A DNA stretch of 64,000 bases from Candidatus Multivoradales bacterium (GCA_965223855.1 CBDCXM010000003.1:32001-96000); one strand, 5' to 3'. Numbered from the stretch's first letter, positions 46,888 through 59,150 are shown. Numbers and translations are program-made. The notes: generated by a model not told the origin, from the letters alone.

Positions 46888-47949
46888 ATGTTCGAGCAGC
46901 TCTCCGAGCTCGAGAAGAGCCACGCCGAACTGACCGAGGCGCTTGCCGACCCCGCTCTGCTGGCGGACATGGATGCGTACCGGCGGACTTCGAAGAAGCT
47001 GGCCGAGATCGGCCGCACGGTCGAGCTGTATCGGGAGTTCCGCGAGGTGACGACCCAGCGCGACGAGACGAAGGAGATGCTCGACGATCTCGACGCGGGC
47101 GACGAGCTGGCGACGATGGCCGAAGAGGAGCTCGCGACACTCGAAGCCCGGGCCATCGACCTCGAGGAGAAGCTCAAGGTCGAGCTCATGCCGAAGGACC
47201 CGAACGACGATCGCAACGTCGTGCTCGAGATACGGGCGGGAACCGGGGGCGACGAGGCGAGTCTCTTCGCGGCCGAGCTGTTCCGTATGTACTCCCGCTA
47301 CGCCGAGAGCCGGAAATGGAAGGTCGAGATCATCGATCTGTCGGAGTCGGGGGTCAACGGCGTCAAGGAGGTCTCGGCGATCATCGAGGGCGCCGGCGCC
47401 TACAGCCGGATGAAGTACGAGGCCGGCGTCCATCGCGTTCAGCGCGTCCCGGAGACCGAGGCTTCCGGCAGGATCCACACCTCAGCGGTGACCGTCGCCG
47501 TCCTCCCGGAGGCGGAGGAGGTCGAAGTCGAGATCGAGGAGAAGGATCTTCGAATCGACCGCTTCTGCTCGTCGGGGCCCGGCGGCCAGGGAGTCAATAC
47601 CACCTATTCGGCGGTGCGGATCACTCATCTTCCGACCGGCCTCGTCGTCTCCTGTCAGGACGAGCGCTCGCAGATCAAGAACCGGGCGAAGGCGATGCGC
47701 GTGCTCAAGTCGCGGCTGCTCGAGATCGAGCGCGAGAAAGCCGACTCGGAGCTCGGCGCCGAGCGACGCAAGATGGTCGGCTCGGGCGACCGGTCGGAGA
47801 AGATCCGCACCTACAACTTCCGCGAGAACAGGGTGACCGACCACCGCATCTCGCTGACGATCCACCGCCTGCCCGAGATCCTCGAAGGCGACCTCGATCC
47901 GCTGATCGACCCGCTCGCCACCCACGATCAGGCGGAGCGGCTGAAGTAA
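46888..47949 (+). CDS. prfA: Peptide chain release factor 1
   Basis: [21 protein letters not shown] (PxT), [18 protein letters not shown]. Confidence 0.97.
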   Translation: MFEQLSELEKSHAELTEALADPALLADMDAYRRTSKKLAEIGRTVELYREFREVTTQRDETKEMLDDLDAGDELATMAEEELATLEARAIDLEEKLKVELMPKDPNDDRNVVLEIRAGTGGDEASLFAAELFRMYSRYAESRKWKVEIIDLSESGVNGVKEVSAIIEGAGAYSRMKYEAGVHRVQRVPETEASGRIHTSAVTVAVLPEAEEVEVEIEEKDLRIDRFCSSGPGGQGVNTTYSAVRITHLPTGLVVSCQDERSQIKNRAKAMRVLKSRLLEIEREKADSELGAERRKMVGSGDRSEKIRTYNFRENRVTDHRISLTIHRLPEILEGDLDPLIDPLATHDQAERLK

Positions 47950-47984
47950 GCCTCCGAGCAGGCGACCACCTGATCGTTAGAGCC

Positions 47985-50900
47985 TTGCGCGACCTCGCCC
48001 TCCTGCTGCTCACGCTGATCCCGGCGCAGGCAGGGCTCGCGCAGGAGACGGCGGGCACCATCCCGATTCACGGCACGGTTTCCGGCGAAGCCGCCGAGGG
48101 AGTCCCGGTGGCGATCTTCCGGATCGAGGAGTCGTTCGCCGAGGCCGTGCGACAGCTAGAGGGGGCGCCCCTCGAAGCGGCGGCGACCGCCGTCACGGAC
48201 AGCGGCGGCGCCTTCACGATTCGTGCCCCCGAACCGGGCTTCTGGCGGGTCGAGGTCGGCGGCACCGACCATGCGATGAAGAGCTACTCGTTCCGCAGCG
48301 AGCCGCTCCTCCAGGCGGCTCAGCTTCCGCCGGTCGAGCTCAAGCCCGCAGTCGCCACTCGAATCGTCGTCACCGCCCCGGACGGCTCGCCGATCGCCGG
48401 CGCCTGGGTGACGGCGACGCCCAGGGACGAACCGCCGAGGAGCACGAGAGACATCGGCTGGCGGGCGGAGCTCCTCGCAGTGCGAACCTCCGACGACGGT
48501 ACGACGGTTCTGCGACTCGCCGCCGACACCGACTACGAGATCGAGGCCGGCAGCGGGGAGTTCGGCGAGAGTCGCGAAATCGTCGCCTCCGCGGGCGACT
48601 CCGTGGCGGTAGCCCTGCCGTCTCCTGTGGTGCGGTCGCTCCAGGTCGTCGACGCCGCCGGCCGTCCGCTCGCCGCGGTGCCTGTCTGCGTCGGCGGCTG
48701 GAGCCGACCGGCGACGCTCGAGACCGATGGCGAAGGCCGAGTCGCGCTGCCGGGAGGCGAGAGCGAAGCGGAGGCCTACCTGGTGATGACCGATGGAAGG
48801 CGGGTGCGGGTGCGGCTGACCGGCGACGAGGGCACGCTCGGCCGGGAGCACTCTTTCGTCGTCCCCGAGCCGCTCGTCGTCGAGGGGCGAGTGCTCGATG
48901 CCGAGGATCGCAGGCCGATCGCCGCCGCCTGGGTCTACAGACTGCGGGGTCCGCTCTACTCGGCGATCACCGACGGTTCGGGCGCCTTCCGCATGCCGGT
49001 CACCCCCGCCAGCGTCGCCCCGATCGCCGCGGCCGCCCGCGACCGATTGCCCGCCTTCGACGAGCCGAGGGAAGGGGTCGAGCTCGCTCTGCTGCTGGAG
49101 CCGACGGCATCGATCGCCGGGCATGTCGTGGACCCGGCCGGCGATCCTGCGGTCGGTGCGACCGTTCTCGCCGCCCCTCACGTCGACAGCCTTCGGGCGC
49201 TGCGAACGGCGTTCCGCGGGACAATCCGGCACGCTTCGACCGACGGTGACGGCCGCTTTGTCCTCGATCGGCTGCCGACGGGGAGCGCCTACCGGGTCAG
49301 CGCCCGACTCGAGGGCTACGCGCCGGCCGAGGCGATCGTCGCCGACGTCGCGGAGACCTCCGCCGACGGCCCGCTCGTGCTGCGATTGGGTGCCGGCACC
49401 ACCGTCGTCGGCGTTGTCGTCGACGGTCGATCGAGGCCCGTAGGCGGAGCCGCGATCCGACTCGCGGAGGAAGTCGATCCCTCGACGGCTCAGCTGACGA
49501 GGTTCCGGCGCAACTTCGCACCGCCCGCCCCGGAGACGCGAAGCGACTCCGAAGGGACCTTCAGATTCGAGGCAGTGCCGGCGGGGCGTTTCCTCCTCGA
49601 GATCGAGTCTTCCGGCTACGCGCCGCAGGCGGTGCCGGCCTTCGACGTCGCCGAGGGGAGTCGCGAAGTCGATGTCGGCCTCGTCGTCCTCGAACCTGGC
49701 AGCACCCTCGAGGGGGTGGTGCTCGACGGCGACGGTGTGCCGATCGCCGGCGCGACGGTCGGCTACGAGAAGACCCAGGCGGGCTTCTCGTACTTCGTCG
49801 ACAACCGGAGCGTGACGACCGGCGCGGACGGCTCGTTTCGCATCGTCGATCGACGCGAAGGGGAGATGCTGGACCTCGAGGTGGAGCAGGCGGGGTTCGT
49901 CGAGCTCAACCTGCCGCGCGTCGTCGTGCCGACCCTCGGTGGGCTCGAGATCCGCCTCGAGCACGGAGCGGCCCTCGAGGGACGCGTCGTCGGCGCCGGC
50001 TCGGGACCGGTCGCCGGTGCGTCGGTGCTCGTCACCAGAGATTCCGGCGGCACCGGCAGCAGCTCCGGCTTCATGCCGCTCGGCAGCGGGACCACGGACG
50101 AGGACGGTCGTTTCAGGATCGAGGATCTCGAGCCGACGGTGGCGCGGATCAGCGTCACCGCGAGGGGCTGGCTGAAGATGGAGCGCGGGGAGATCGAGCT
50201 CGAGGTGGGGGACGACCCGACCCAGGTCGAGCTCGAGCTCGAGCGCGGCGCCACCGTAGAGGGACGGGTGCTGCTTGCGGACGGCACGCCGGCCGCCGGC
50301 GCCGAGGTGCGAGCTGTCGACAGTGCAGATCGGAGGCGCTTCCGGCGGCAACAGCCGGCGACGGTCAGCGGCGACGGCAGCTACATCCTGGAGGGTGTCG
50401 AGCCGGGATCGCGCCTGATCACGGTGCAGCTCCCGGACGGCCCTCGGGTCTCGGAGGAGCTGGAGGTCGAGCCAGGCATCAACACACTCGACCTCGTCCT
50501 GCCGGCGGGGGTCGAAGTGTCGGGGCGGGTCCTCGACGAGGACGGCGCCGCCGTCGAGGGCGCCCTCGTGTCGCTGCGCGAAGGCGGTAGCTTCTCCGGC
50601 AACTTCACCGCACGCTCGGGCAGCGACGGCGCCGTCGTCCTCGCTTCGGTGCAGCCGGGTCGCTACGCCGTAACGGCGGAGCATGCCGACCTCGCTGCGA
50701 CCACCCTCCCCGAGCCGATCGAGGTGACCGACGCTCCAATCCTCGGTCTCGAGATCCGCCTGACGTCGGGCTCCCTCGTCACGGGACGCGTCCTCGGCCT
50801 CGCCGCCGAGGAGCTCGTCGGAACGGAAGTGGTCGCCTGGCGCCAGTCCGGAGGGCTCTGGAAGCAGGGCTCAGTCGACTCCGAGGGCGGCTTCCGCCTC

Positions 50901-52073
50901 GGGCCGCTGGAGGCGGGATCGTGGTCCGTCAGCGTCCGGACGCTCGGCGGACGGGCGCTCGAGGAGTCGCTCGAGATCCTCCCGGGTGAGCGCAACACCA
51001 CCATCGACCTCGACTTCGGCGACAAGGAGGGGCTGACGGTCACCGGGCTCGTGCTCGCCGGCGGCACGCCGCTCGCCGGCGCGTTCGTGCTGCTCAACGG
51101 CATCGACTCGTCGCAGGGTGGAACGTCTCAGACCGACCACGAGGGCCGCTTCACGGTCCGCGACCTGCCCGGCGGGAACTACCGTCTCACCGTGCGCGGC
51201 TTCGAGAGGGGGGTCAGCCACACCGAGGAGATCGAGCTGCTGCGCGACGACTTCGTGACGATCGAGATCGACGGCAGCGAGGTCGCCGGCTCGGTCGTGG
51301 ACGCCGCCACCGGAGAACCGCTCGGAGGCACCGACCTGCAGCTCGAACTCACCGGCAGCGACCCGGACAACCCGTGGATGCGCGCGGGTAAGAGCGCGAC
51401 GACCGACTCTCAGGGGCGCTTCCGCATGGCCGACGTGCCGGCGGGGACCTACCGACTGAAGCTCTCTCGTGCCGGCTTCGCCACCTCAGCGATGGAGCTC
51501 GAGGTCGGGAGAGCCGACACCTCGGAGCTCGACCTGGCGCTCGATCCGGTTCAGGGGGTGCGCCTGCAGCTGCGCTTCCCCGGCGGCGCCACCGTCTCAC
51601 GCCTGCGCTACGCGGCGGTCGATGCGACGGGTCGGGGTGTGGCGGACGGCTCCGTGCAAGTGGCGAGCGACGGGCTTGCCAGCCTGACGACGCTGCCGGA
51701 CGGCGACTGGATCCTGGTGCTGGCCGCGAACGGTGCGGCGACCACGGAGCTCGACGTGCGCGCACCCGCCGCCGAGCCGATCGACGTCGCACTCGAGATA
51801 CCGGCCCGCTGGAGCGTTCGCGTGACGGAGCTCGTCGGCGACGCCTCGACGGTCGCCCGGGTCCGTCTCCGGACGCCGCAGGGCGTGCCGTTTCGCGATG
51901 TCCAGTCCGGGGGCGGGGTGCGGGATTCGACCCGCCTCTATGGAGGCGAGACCCACTTCGATGACCTCTCGCCGGGGCGATGGCTGGTGACGATCGAGAC
52001 CACCGACGATCGCCGCTGGGAGCGCAGCGTCACCCTCCAGCCGGGCGAGAACGAGTCGCTCGTCATCGACTGA
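47985..52073 (+). CDS. Large secreted protein with >10 carboxypeptidase-regulatory-like (prealbumin-fold) repeats
   Basis: Signal peptide ([17 protein letters not shown]), repeated G.V.D..G.P..GA.V...TD..G.F....P.G.Y units; TTG start at 47985 inferred. Confidence 0.85.
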   Translation: MRDLALLLLTLIPAQAGLAQETAGTIPIHGTVSGEAAEGVPVAIFRIEESFAEAVRQLEGAPLEAAATAVTDSGGAFTIRAPEPGFWRVEVGGTDHAMKSYSFRSEPLLQAAQLPPVELKPAVATRIVVTAPDGSPIAGAWVTATPRDEPPRSTRDIGWRAELLAVRTSDDGTTVLRLAADTDYEIEAGSGEFGESREIVASAGDSVAVALPSPVVRSLQVVDAAGRPLAAVPVCVGGWSRPATLETDGEGRVALPGGESEAEAYLVMTDGRRVRVRLTGDEGTLGREHSFVVPEPLVVEGRVLDAEDRRPIAAAWVYRLRGPLYSAITDGSGAFRMPVTPASVAPIAAAARDRLPAFDEPREGVELALLLEPTASIAGHVVDPAGDPAVGATVLAAPHVDSLRALRTAFRGTIRHASTDGDGRFVLDRLPTGSAYRVSARLEGYAPAEAIVADVAETSADGPLVLRLGAGTTVVGVVVDGRSRPVGGAAIRLAEEVDPSTAQLTRFRRNFAPPAPETRSDSEGTFRFEAVPAGRFLLEIESSGYAPQAVPAFDVAEGSREVDVGLVVLEPGSTLEGVVLDGDGVPIAGATVGYEKTQAGFSYFVDNRSVTTGADGSFRIVDRREGEMLDLEVEQAGFVELNLPRVVVPTLGGLEIRLEHGAALEGRVVGAGSGPVAGASVLVTRDSGGTGSSSGFMPLGSGTTDEDGRFRIEDLEPTVARISVTARGWLKMERGEIELEVGDDPTQVELELERGATVEGRVLLADGTPAAGAEVRAVDSADRRRFRRQQPATVSGDGSYILEGVEPGSRLITVQLPDGPRVSEELEVEPGINTLDLVLPAGVEVSGRVLDEDGAAVEGALVSLREGGSFSGNFTARSGSDGAVVLASVQPGRYAVTAEHADLAATTLPEPIEVTDAPILGLEIRLTSGSLVTGRVLGLAAEELVGTEVVAWRQSGGLWKQGSVDSEGGFRLGPLEAGSWSVSVRTLGGRALEESLEILPGERNTTIDLDFGDKEGLTVTGLVLAGGTPLAGAFVLLNGIDSSQGGTSQTDHEGRFTVRDLPGGNYRLTVRGFERGVSHTEEIELLRDDFVTIEIDGSEVAGSVVDAATGEPLGGTDLQLELTGSDPDNPWMRAGKSATTDSQGRFRMADVPAGTYRLKLSRAGFATSAMELEVGRADTSELDLALDPVQGVRLQLRFPGGATVSRLRYAAVDATGRGVADGSVQVASDGLASLTTLPDGDWILVLAANGAATTELDVRAPAAEPIDVALEIPARWSVRVTELVGDASTVARVRLRTPQGVPFRDVQSGGGVRDSTRLYGGETHFDDLSPGRWLVTIETTDDRRWERSVTLQPGENESLVID

Positions 52074-52079
52074 TTCACC

Positions 52080-52949
52080 GTGCGAACCGTCGGCGAGATC
52101 CTGCGCGAGGGTCGGGATCAGTGGCAGGGACTCGACGGCGCGAGCGGCGAGGCGTTCGGCTCGAGGGAGGTCTCGCTGCTGCTCGCCCACCAGCTCGGGT
52201 GGACGGAAGCCCAGGTGCTGTCGCGGGACGACGTCGCGGTGGAGCCCGCGGTCGAACGACGCTACTTCCAGCACCTGGCGAGACGCCTCGCCGGCGAGCC
52301 GTTCGCCTATCTGGTCGGCGAGCGGGAGTTCTTCGGCCGCCGGTTCCGGGTCGACGGCCGGGCGCTCATCCCGCGACCGGAGACCGAGCACCTCGTCGAG
52401 GCGTGTCTCGGGCTCGATCTCCCGCCTCGAGCCCTCGTCGTCGACGTCGGCACCGGATCGGGCTGCATCGCCCTCACGCTGGCGCTCGAGCGCCCCTCCT
52501 GGAGGGTCGTGGCGCTCGACCGGTCGCCGGCCGCAGCGGTCGTCGCAGAAACCAACCGTCGCCGGATGGGGGCCACGGCCCTGGTCGGTGCCGGAGACCT
52601 CACCGGCGCGCTCCGTCCGGAAGCAATCGACCTTGTGGTGTCGAACCCTCCCTACGTGCCGCCGACCGACCGTCGGAAACTCTCGCGCGACATCCTCGAT
52701 CACGAGCCTCACGAGGCGCTCTTCGCCGCCGAGAACGGCCTTGCCGTGTATCGCCGCCTCTTCACCGAGCTCGGCGCGCTGCGCTCCGGCAGTGCCCTGG
52801 CACTGGAGGTCGGCGACGGCCAGGCGGAGGCGGTGACACGGCTCGGCACCCGGCTGGGATTCTCCTTCGAGGCGCCGATCCGCGACTTCTCCGGGGTCGA
52901 TCGAGTCGTGATAGGAAGAAGAGCCGCGGCGGTGGCCGCGCCTGGCTGA
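52080..52949 (+). CDS. prmC: Release factor glutamine methyltransferase
   Basis: [32 protein letters not shown]. Confidence 0.95.
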   Translation: MRTVGEILREGRDQWQGLDGASGEAFGSREVSLLLAHQLGWTEAQVLSRDDVAVEPAVERRYFQHLARRLAGEPFAYLVGEREFFGRRFRVDGRALIPRPETEHLVEACLGLDLPPRALVVDVGTGSGCIALTLALERPSWRVVALDRSPAAAVVAETNRRRMGATALVGAGDLTGALRPEAIDLVVSNPPYVPPTDRRKLSRDILDHEPHEALFAAENGLAVYRRLFTELGALRSGSALALEVGDGQAEAVTRLGTRLGFSFEAPIRDFSGVDRVVIGRRAAAVAAPG

Positions 52950-54205
52950 TGGACCGCTTCGAGATCACCGGACCGACCCGCCTCGAGGGTTCCGTCCGTG
53001 CTGCCGGAGCGAAGAACGCTGCCCTCCCGGCGCTCGCCGCCGCGCTCCTCGCAGACGGCACGGTCACCCTGTCGGGGTTGCCGCTGGTGCAGGACATCCG
53101 CACCATGTCGAGGCTGCTAGAGCACCTTGGCACCACGGTGCGCTGGGACGGCAGCCGGCTCGAGCTCACGCCGAGCGGCACCGCGGTCACCGACGACGCC
53201 GACTACGACCTCGTCAAGACGATGAGGGCTTCGATCCTCGTGCTGGGACCACTCCTGGCGCGACTCGGTCATGCCCGTGTCTCACTACCCGGTGGCTGTG
53301 CCATCGGTGTGCGGCCGATCGACCAGCACCTCGCCGGCCTCGAAGCTCTGGGCGCTCAGGTCGATCTCGAGCACGGCTACGTCACGGCGCGGGCCGAGCG
53401 GCTGATGGGCAACCGCTTCCGCTTCGCGAGCCGGTCGGTGACCGGTACCGAGAACCTGCTGATGGCCGCCTGCCTGGCACGCGGCACCACCGTCTTCGAG
53501 AACTGCGCCTGCGAGCCGGAGGTGGTGGATCTCGCGCGGCTGCTGACCGCGATGGGCGCCCGCATCGACGGCGCCGGCACCGAGAGAATCGAGGTCGAGG
53601 GGGTCGAGCGCCTAGGCGGCACACACCACTCGGTGATCAGCGACCGGATCGAGGGCGGCACCTACCTCGTCGGCGCGGCGATCACCGGCGGCGACGTGAC
53701 GCTCGAGAATGCCCTGCCGGAGGATCTCGAGCCCCTGCTGGCAGTCCTCGAAGCGAGCGGATGCGACGTCGAACGCCGCGCTCGATCGGTCCGGGTCTCC
53801 CGCAACGGTGCGCTCGACGCCTGCTCGATCGAGACCGCTCCTCATCCCGGCTTTCCCACCGACCTTCAGGCTCAGGTGATGGCCCTGATGACGCAGGCCG
53901 AGGGACGCTCCAGCGTGCACGAGACGATCTTCGAGAACCGCTTCCAGCACGCCCCCGAACTCAACCGCATGGGGGCTGCCATCCAGGTCGATGGCGGTCA
54001 CGCCTGGATCGAAGGGCCGACGCCGCTCTCGGGCGCCAAGGTGATGGCCACCGATCTTCGCGCCTCGGCGAGCCTCGTCCTGGCAGGGCTGGTTGCCGAG
54101 GGGACGACGGTCGTCGATCGCATCTACCACCTCGACCGGGGCTACGAGCGGATGGAGGAGAAGCTCGGTGATCTCGGCGCAACGGTCCGCCGCGCTCAGG
54201 GCTGA
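52949..54205 (+). CDS. murA: UDP-N-acetylglucosamine 1-carboxyvinyltransferase
   Basis: [22 protein letters not shown] (active-site Cys retained), [19 protein letters not shown]. Confidence 0.97.
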   Translation: MDRFEITGPTRLEGSVRAAGAKNAALPALAAALLADGTVTLSGLPLVQDIRTMSRLLEHLGTTVRWDGSRLELTPSGTAVTDDADYDLVKTMRASILVLGPLLARLGHARVSLPGGCAIGVRPIDQHLAGLEALGAQVDLEHGYVTARAERLMGNRFRFASRSVTGTENLLMAACLARGTTVFENCACEPEVVDLARLLTAMGARIDGAGTERIEVEGVERLGGTHHSVISDRIEGGTYLVGAAITGGDVTLENALPEDLEPLLAVLEASGCDVERRARSVRVSRNGALDACSIETAPHPGFPTDLQAQVMALMTQAEGRSSVHETIFENRFQHAPELNRMGAAIQVDGGHAWIEGPTPLSGAKVMATDLRASASLVLAGLVAEGTTVVDRIYHLDRGYERMEEKLGDLGATVRRAQG

Positions 54206-54235
54206 GCCGAACTCAGGGCTGAATCGGACTCGGCG

Positions 54236-56539
54236 ATGAACCGACTCTTGCGTCCACTCTCGACTGCTCTCGTCCTGCTGTCGGCACCGGTCCTTCGGGG
54301 CGAAGAGGACCCCCGCATCGGTTGGACCGAGGCCGAGGACCGCGGCGACGCGATCACCGCCGTGGCGGCGCTCGAAGCGGCGCTCGCGAGCGACGCGCCC
54401 CCGCAAGACGGCGTCTACTGGCTCGGCCGACTGCTTCTCGATCTCGGTGATGTCGACCGCGCCGCCGCCGCCTTCGGCCGTTCGCTCGGCTCGGAGCCCG
54501 AGCTCGCTCCCTGGAGCAGCTACCGCCTTGCCGAGATCGAAGAAGCTCGGGGCAACCCGGAAGTCGCGACCGGGTTGCTCGCCACCCTGCTGGGACATCG
54601 CCCGGCGAAAACTCTGGCCACCGCCGCCGCAGCGTTGCTCGAAGACGCGTTGGCACGTGGCGGTGACTGCCGGGTCCTCGCCGGTCGCGAGACCTGGCGA
54701 CTCGACGATTCGACGCGCCGCCTGCTCGAGCTCGCGGCCGCGTCGTGCGAGGACCGCGACGACAAACCCACGGCGGCCCGGGAACTGCTGGAAGTCCTGC
54801 TGGCTGAGGAAACGGGTGACGGTCCGGCCTACGAGGCCGCATCGAGGCTCTTCGATCGCTTCGACGATCTGTCGGTGCTCGACGGCGCGACACAACTGGC
54901 CATGGCGCGGGCGTTCTTCGCTCAGCGCGACTTCGAGCGCGCACTGGAGCTGTTCTCGCTCGCCCTCGACCCCGAGCGCTCGTCGGTCGAGCTGCGGGCC
55001 GACTTCGAGCTCCACTACGCGATCGCGCGCTCGTACTTCTGGCTGGGCGACTATCGCGAGGCTGCCGCCCGGTTCGAGGCGCTGGTGGGACTCGCCCGGC
55101 GCGGCTCCGATCGTGCCCGCGCCCACTACCAGCAGGCCCGCTCCCTCGAACTCGGCGGCGATCGAGCCGGAGCGGGAGCAGCCCTGGCGAAGGTCCGCTC
55201 CGCCGACCCTGCCGGCAACTGGGCTGCGGCAGCCCTCGTCAGCGGCATCCGTCTCGCCTGGCTCGACGGCGACGAGGAGCGGGCGCTCGATCTCTACCAG
55301 ACGCTCGGCGGTCGCCGCGGCTGGCGGGGATCCCGTGCGCGAGCGGCGCTCTTCCTCGCCGCCAGCGAGCTGTCCCAGGATCGCTCCGACCGCGCTACCG
55401 AGTGGCTCGCCGCGGCGGCGGCGCCCTCCGGTATCCACCTTCCCGAGCTGCGCTTCTGGGAAGGCCGACTCGCGGAGATCCAGGGGGATTCGCGCCGCGC
55501 CGTCGAACGCTATCTGGCCGCGATGGTCGAGGACGCCTACGATCCGTGGTCGCTCGGCGCTCGGCGGCGACTCGCCGAGCCGGCGCTGAGGGCGGAGGCC
55601 GATCGGCGCGCCGTCGAGTTCGGTGCCAGCGACCGGGCGCTCGACCTGGTTCGCGCCTGGCTCCTGACCGAGCACGGCCCCGACCGCGCCACGGCGCTCG
55701 GCAGGGCGCGGGCGGCCCTGTCGGCGGCAGCGGAAACACACGACTTCCTCACGCTCCAGCCGGCCCCACCGGCCGCGTGGCCGCTGTGGTCTTCCCCTCG
55801 AGTCGACGTCGAGGAGAGGCTCCTCGCTCTGGGCGACTGGCGCTTCGGCCTCGGCGCCGCGCCCGAGCACTTCCCCACCCAACAACCCAGTCTCGCCCTC
55901 GCCCGGGCGACCCGACTCGCAGCCCAAGGACTTCCGCGCGCGGGGATTCTCACCGCCGAGATCATGAGCCGTACCGCGCCGGCGACCGTGCCGGGGGTGC
56001 TGTGGCCGCAAGCGCTGCGAAAGGCGCTCTATCCTCTCGCCTACGGTGAGCATCTGGTGCGGGAGACGACCGGGAGGGGGCTCGACCCACGCCTCCTCGC
56101 CGGTCTCATTCGCGAGGAGAGCCGCTTCGACGCCGGAGCACTGTCGGCCGCCGCCGCGCGCGGCCTCACCCAGTTCGTCCTGCCGACCGCCCGCCGGCTC
56201 GGCGGCAAGCTCGGAATGGAAGAGGTCGCGGCGGACGACCTCTTCGAGCCGGAGATCGCGGTGCGGCTCGGCGCCGCCTACCTCGAGGAGCTCGGCGAGC
56301 GCTTCGGACCGAGGCCGCATCAGGTGCTCGCCGCCTACAACGCCGGCGAGCCACAGGCCGAGCTGTGGCGCAGCTACTGCTTCACCGACGAGCCGGAGGA
56401 GTTCCTGTCGAAGCTCGGCTTTCGGGAGACACGCGGCTACGTGCGGAAGGTGTTGCGCTCCTACGCCGTCTACCGCGAGCTCTACCCGGTGCTGCCGACC
56501 ACCCTCGCCGGCAACCCCATCTCTACCTCGTCGAAGTAG
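54236..56539 (+). CDS. Soluble lytic transglycosylase (TPR + SLT domain)
   Basis: Signal peptide, TPR-like helices, IREESRF, ARGLTQ, AAYNAG, ETRGYV. Confidence 0.9.
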   Translation: MNRLLRPLSTALVLLSAPVLRGEEDPRIGWTEAEDRGDAITAVAALEAALASDAPPQDGVYWLGRLLLDLGDVDRAAAAFGRSLGSEPELAPWSSYRLAEIEEARGNPEVATGLLATLLGHRPAKTLATAAAALLEDALARGGDCRVLAGRETWRLDDSTRRLLELAAASCEDRDDKPTAARELLEVLLAEETGDGPAYEAASRLFDRFDDLSVLDGATQLAMARAFFAQRDFERALELFSLALDPERSSVELRADFELHYAIARSYFWLGDYREAAARFEALVGLARRGSDRARAHYQQARSLELGGDRAGAGAALAKVRSADPAGNWAAAALVSGIRLAWLDGDEERALDLYQTLGGRRGWRGSRARAALFLAASELSQDRSDRATEWLAAAAAPSGIHLPELRFWEGRLAEIQGDSRRAVERYLAAMVEDAYDPWSLGARRRLAEPALRAEADRRAVEFGASDRALDLVRAWLLTEHGPDRATALGRARAALSAAAETHDFLTLQPAPPAAWPLWSSPRVDVEERLLALGDWRFGLGAAPEHFPTQQPSLALARATRLAAQGLPRAGILTAEIMSRTAPATVPGVLWPQALRKALYPLAYGEHLVRETTGRGLDPRLLAGLIREESRFDAGALSAAAARGLTQFVLPTARRLGGKLGMEEVAADDLFEPEIAVRLGAAYLEELGERFGPRPHQVLAAYNAGEPQAELWRSYCFTDEPEEFLSKLGFRETRGYVRKVLRSYAVYRELYPVLPTTLAGNPISTSSK

Positions 56540-57201
56540 TACTCCACGTCGGCAGTGCTGCGGAGCTCCTCGGTCCAGCGCCCGATCTCCTCGTTGAGGC
56601 GCTCTTCCTTGAGCAGCGCGCGGATGTCCTCGCGGACGTCCTGCAGCGGCGGGACGGCACTGCCGCGGCGCTCGAGCTCCGGCACCAGGGTCTGGTCGTA
56701 GTAGACGCGGATGTCGTCGAGATCGACGAACACCCGCGGACCGAGCCGTTCGTTGACGAACGAGAGCACCATCAACTGCCGCGCCACGAGCTGACGCAGG
56801 CTGTCCTCCTCGAGCCCCAGCTCCGAGAGCCGTGCCGCGAACTCGTCGCTCGAGGCGAAGCGGGCGCGAATCTCGTCGAAACGCTTCTCGACCTCGCGCG
56901 TCGGCAGCTCGACGAAGCCGTAGCTGTCGATCTCGTGGAACCTCAGGCGCTGCTCGACGAGCCCGTCGAGCACCCTGCGGCGTAGTTCCCGGTCGCTCTC
57001 GTCCTCGAGCGCGTCCACGAGCCCGAGGGCGACCGCCTGCTCGACCTCCGACTGGAGGATCGGATCCTCGTCGACGACCGCCAGCACCCGGTCGATCCTC
57101 TCCAATTCCGCGTCCTGCGCCGCAAGGGAGGTCGCCGCCAGACCGAGGATCCCGACACCGAGGATTCCCCAAGTACGCACAGCGATTCCCGGGCGGCGCA
57201 T
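56482..57201 (-). CDS. SurA N-terminal-domain periplasmic chaperone-like protein
   Basis: Signal peptide, IDRVLAVVDEDPIL.SEV, VLDGLVEQRL; no parvulin domain; 58-bp convergent overlap with slt. Confidence 0.75.
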   Translation of the reverse strand: MRRPGIAVRTWGILGVGILGLAATSLAAQDAELERIDRVLAVVDEDPILQSEVEQAVALGLVDALEDESDRELRRRVLDGLVEQRLRFHEIDSYGFVELPTREVEKRFDEIRARFASSDEFAARLSELGLEEDSLRQLVARQLMVLSFVNERLGPRVFVDLDDIRVYYDQTLVPELERRGSAVPPLQDVREDIRALLKEERLNEEIGRWTEELRSTADVEYYFDEVEMGLPARVVGSTG

Positions 57202-57240
57202 CGGCGGGATGTTACCAGCCTGCTATCGTCCTCCCGAGCC

Positions 57241-57966
57241 ATGAGTTCCGTCTCCAGCGACGCGAGCGGCGGAGTCCTCCACGTCGTCGCCACCCCGATC
57301 GGCAACCTCGAAGACCTCTCACCACGCGCCGCGAGAGTGCTGGGCGAGGCGGACGTCGTCGCCTGTGAGGACACGCGGCGTACCGGCCGCCTGATGCAGC
57401 ATCTCGGGCTCGAGAACCGCCTGATTTCACTCCACGAGCACAACGAAGCGCGAAGGGTCCCCGGTCTCGTCGAGCGGCTGCTCGAAGGCCGGCAGATCGC
57501 CCTCGTGAGCGACGCCGGCACCCCCCTGCTGGCCGATCCCGGCTTCGTGCTCGTGCGCGCAGCGGTCGCCGCCGGGATCCGGGTCGAGGCGGTGCCCGGT
57601 CCCTCGGCCGCTCTGAGCGCACTGGCGATTTCGGCGTTGCCGCCCTATCCGTTCACCTTCGCCGGCTTCGCACCACGCAAGGCCGGCAAGCGGAAGCGCT
57701 TCCTGGAAGAGCTCGCGCCCCTCGGACACACCGTCGTCCTCTTCGAGAGCCCTCATCGCATTCTCGCCACGCTCGAGGCGGCAGCGGAGATCTTCGGGGA
57801 GCGTCCGGCGGCATTGTGCCGGGAGCTGACGAAGCTCCATGAAGAGACCCTTCGGGGCACGGCGAGCGAGCTTCACGCCGAACTCGCCGCGCGCGACTCG
57901 ATCAAGGGGGAGTTCGTGCTCGTCGTCGGACCGCCCGCGACAGGCCGTCGCGCCGAGGACTCGTGA
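57241..57966 (+). CDS. rsmI: 16S rRNA (cytidine1402-2'-O)-methyltransferase
   Basis: VATPIGNLED, ACEDTR, SDAGTP, FESPHR, RELTKLHE, KGE. Confidence 0.96.
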   Translation: MSSVSSDASGGVLHVVATPIGNLEDLSPRAARVLGEADVVACEDTRRTGRLMQHLGLENRLISLHEHNEARRVPGLVERLLEGRQIALVSDAGTPLLADPGFVLVRAAVAAGIRVEAVPGPSAALSALAISALPPYPFTFAGFAPRKAGKRKRFLEELAPLGHTVVLFESPHRILATLEAAAEIFGERPAALCRELTKLHEETLRGTASELHAELAARDSIKGEFVLVVGPPATGRRAEDS

Positions 57967-57998
57967 CGGCGGCCTCGCAGGCGTAGAATTCGGCCGCG

Positions 57999-59150
57999 AT
58001 GGCCGAGAGCTACTTCGACTACAACGCCACCACTCCGCTCGAGCCCCGGGTTCTCGAGGCGATGCTGCCGTGGTTCGCCACCACCGGGAACGCCGCCTCC
58101 GTCCATGGTTTCGGCCGCAGGGCGAGAGAGGCGACCGAGGGCGCTCGCGCCGCCGTCGCCCGCCTGCTGGGGGGCTCGGCTCCCGAGCAGGTCGTCTTCA
58201 CCGCTTCGGGCACCGAGGCCAACAACGCAGTCCTCGAGGCGGTCGGCAGTGAGTTCGACGGCGGCCACGTCGTCGTCTCCGCCTTCGAGCATCCCTCGGT
58301 GCTGCGCGCCGCTTCAAGGCTCGAGCGGCACGGCTTCGAGGTCTCGCGGGTCCGCCCACGCGAGGACGGGAGGGTCGCCGTCGAGGACGTCGCCGCAGCC
58401 CTGCGCCCGGACACCCGCCTCGTCGCCCTCATGCTCGCCAACAACGAGATCGGCACCCTGCAGCCGGTGGCCGAGGTCGCTCGCCTGGCCCGCCAGACCG
58501 GAACGCTCTTCCTGTGCGACGCTGTTCAGGCGGTCGGCAAGGTACCGGTGTCGGTCGACGAGCTCGACGTCGACTATCTCGTCCTCGGAGCTCACAAGTT
58601 CTACGGACCGCTCGGCGCCGCCGCCCTGTGGGTTCGGACGGGAGCGCCGTTCGAGGCCTTCCTCGTCGGTGGCAGCCAGGAACGCAGGCGCCGTGCCGGC
58701 ACGCTCAACGTGCCGGCCATCGTCGGTCTGGGAAAGGCAGCCGAACTCGCCGAAGATGAACTGACCGACTGGTCGGCGCGCATGCTGGCCGCGCGTGACG
58801 CCTTCGAGTCCGGGCTCGCGCGGATCCCCGGTGCCTTCGTCCACGCAGCCGCGTCGCCGCGTCTCCCCAATACCACCAACGTCGCGACCGAAGGTGCCGA
58901 GGCGGAGGCGTTGATGGTGCGACTCGACCTCCGAGGCTTCGCCGTGTCGGCCGGCTCCGCCTGCTCGTCGGGCAGGGTCGAGGTCAGCACCACCATGGCG
59001 GCGCTGGGCGTCGAGCAGGAGATCGCGCTCTCCTCGCTACGCGTGAGCTTCGGCAAGGACACCCGGAGCGAGGAGGTGGAAGGGCTGCTCGCGGCGCTGT
59101 CGGCCGAGGTCGCCGAACTGCGCGGATTGCGCGCCGCGAGCCGCGAATGA
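57999..59150 (+). CDS. iscS: Cysteine desulfurase (IscS/NifS family)
   Basis: YFDYNATTP, FTASGTEANN, ANNEIG, HKFYGP (PLP Lys), SAGSACSS; adjacent to mnmA. Confidence 0.9.
   Translation: MAESYFDYNATTPLEPRVLEAMLPWFATTGNAASVHGFGRRAREATEGARAAVARLLGGSAPEQVVFTASGTEANNAVLEAVGSEFDGGHVVVSAFEHPSVLRAASRLERHGFEVSRVRPREDGRVAVEDVAAALRPDTRLVALMLANNEIGTLQPVAEVARLARQTGTLFLCDAVQAVGKVPVSVDELDVDYLVLGAHKFYGPLGAAALWVRTGAPFEAFLVGGSQERRRRAGTLNVPAIVGLGKAAELAEDELTDWSARMLAARDAFESGLARIPGAFVHAAASPRLPNTTNVATEGAEAEALMVRLDLRGFAVSAGSACSSGRVEVSTTMAALGVEQEIALSSLRVSFGKDTRSEEVEGLLAALSAEVAELRGLRAASRE

Noticed and set aside
46860-47984. Programmed frameshift or fusion of prfA with the downstream repeat protein (1737-aa ORF)
   Set aside because: prfA is complete with its own TAA; the overlapping frame is Arg/Gly-rich nonsense; the downstream protein has its own signal peptide. 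Frameshifting is a prfB feature.
53612-57172. 1186-aa minus-strand ORF and similar long antisense ORFs (e.g. 48156-50684, 60202-62649)
   Set aside because: Shadow frames of well-supported genes; no recognisable domains.
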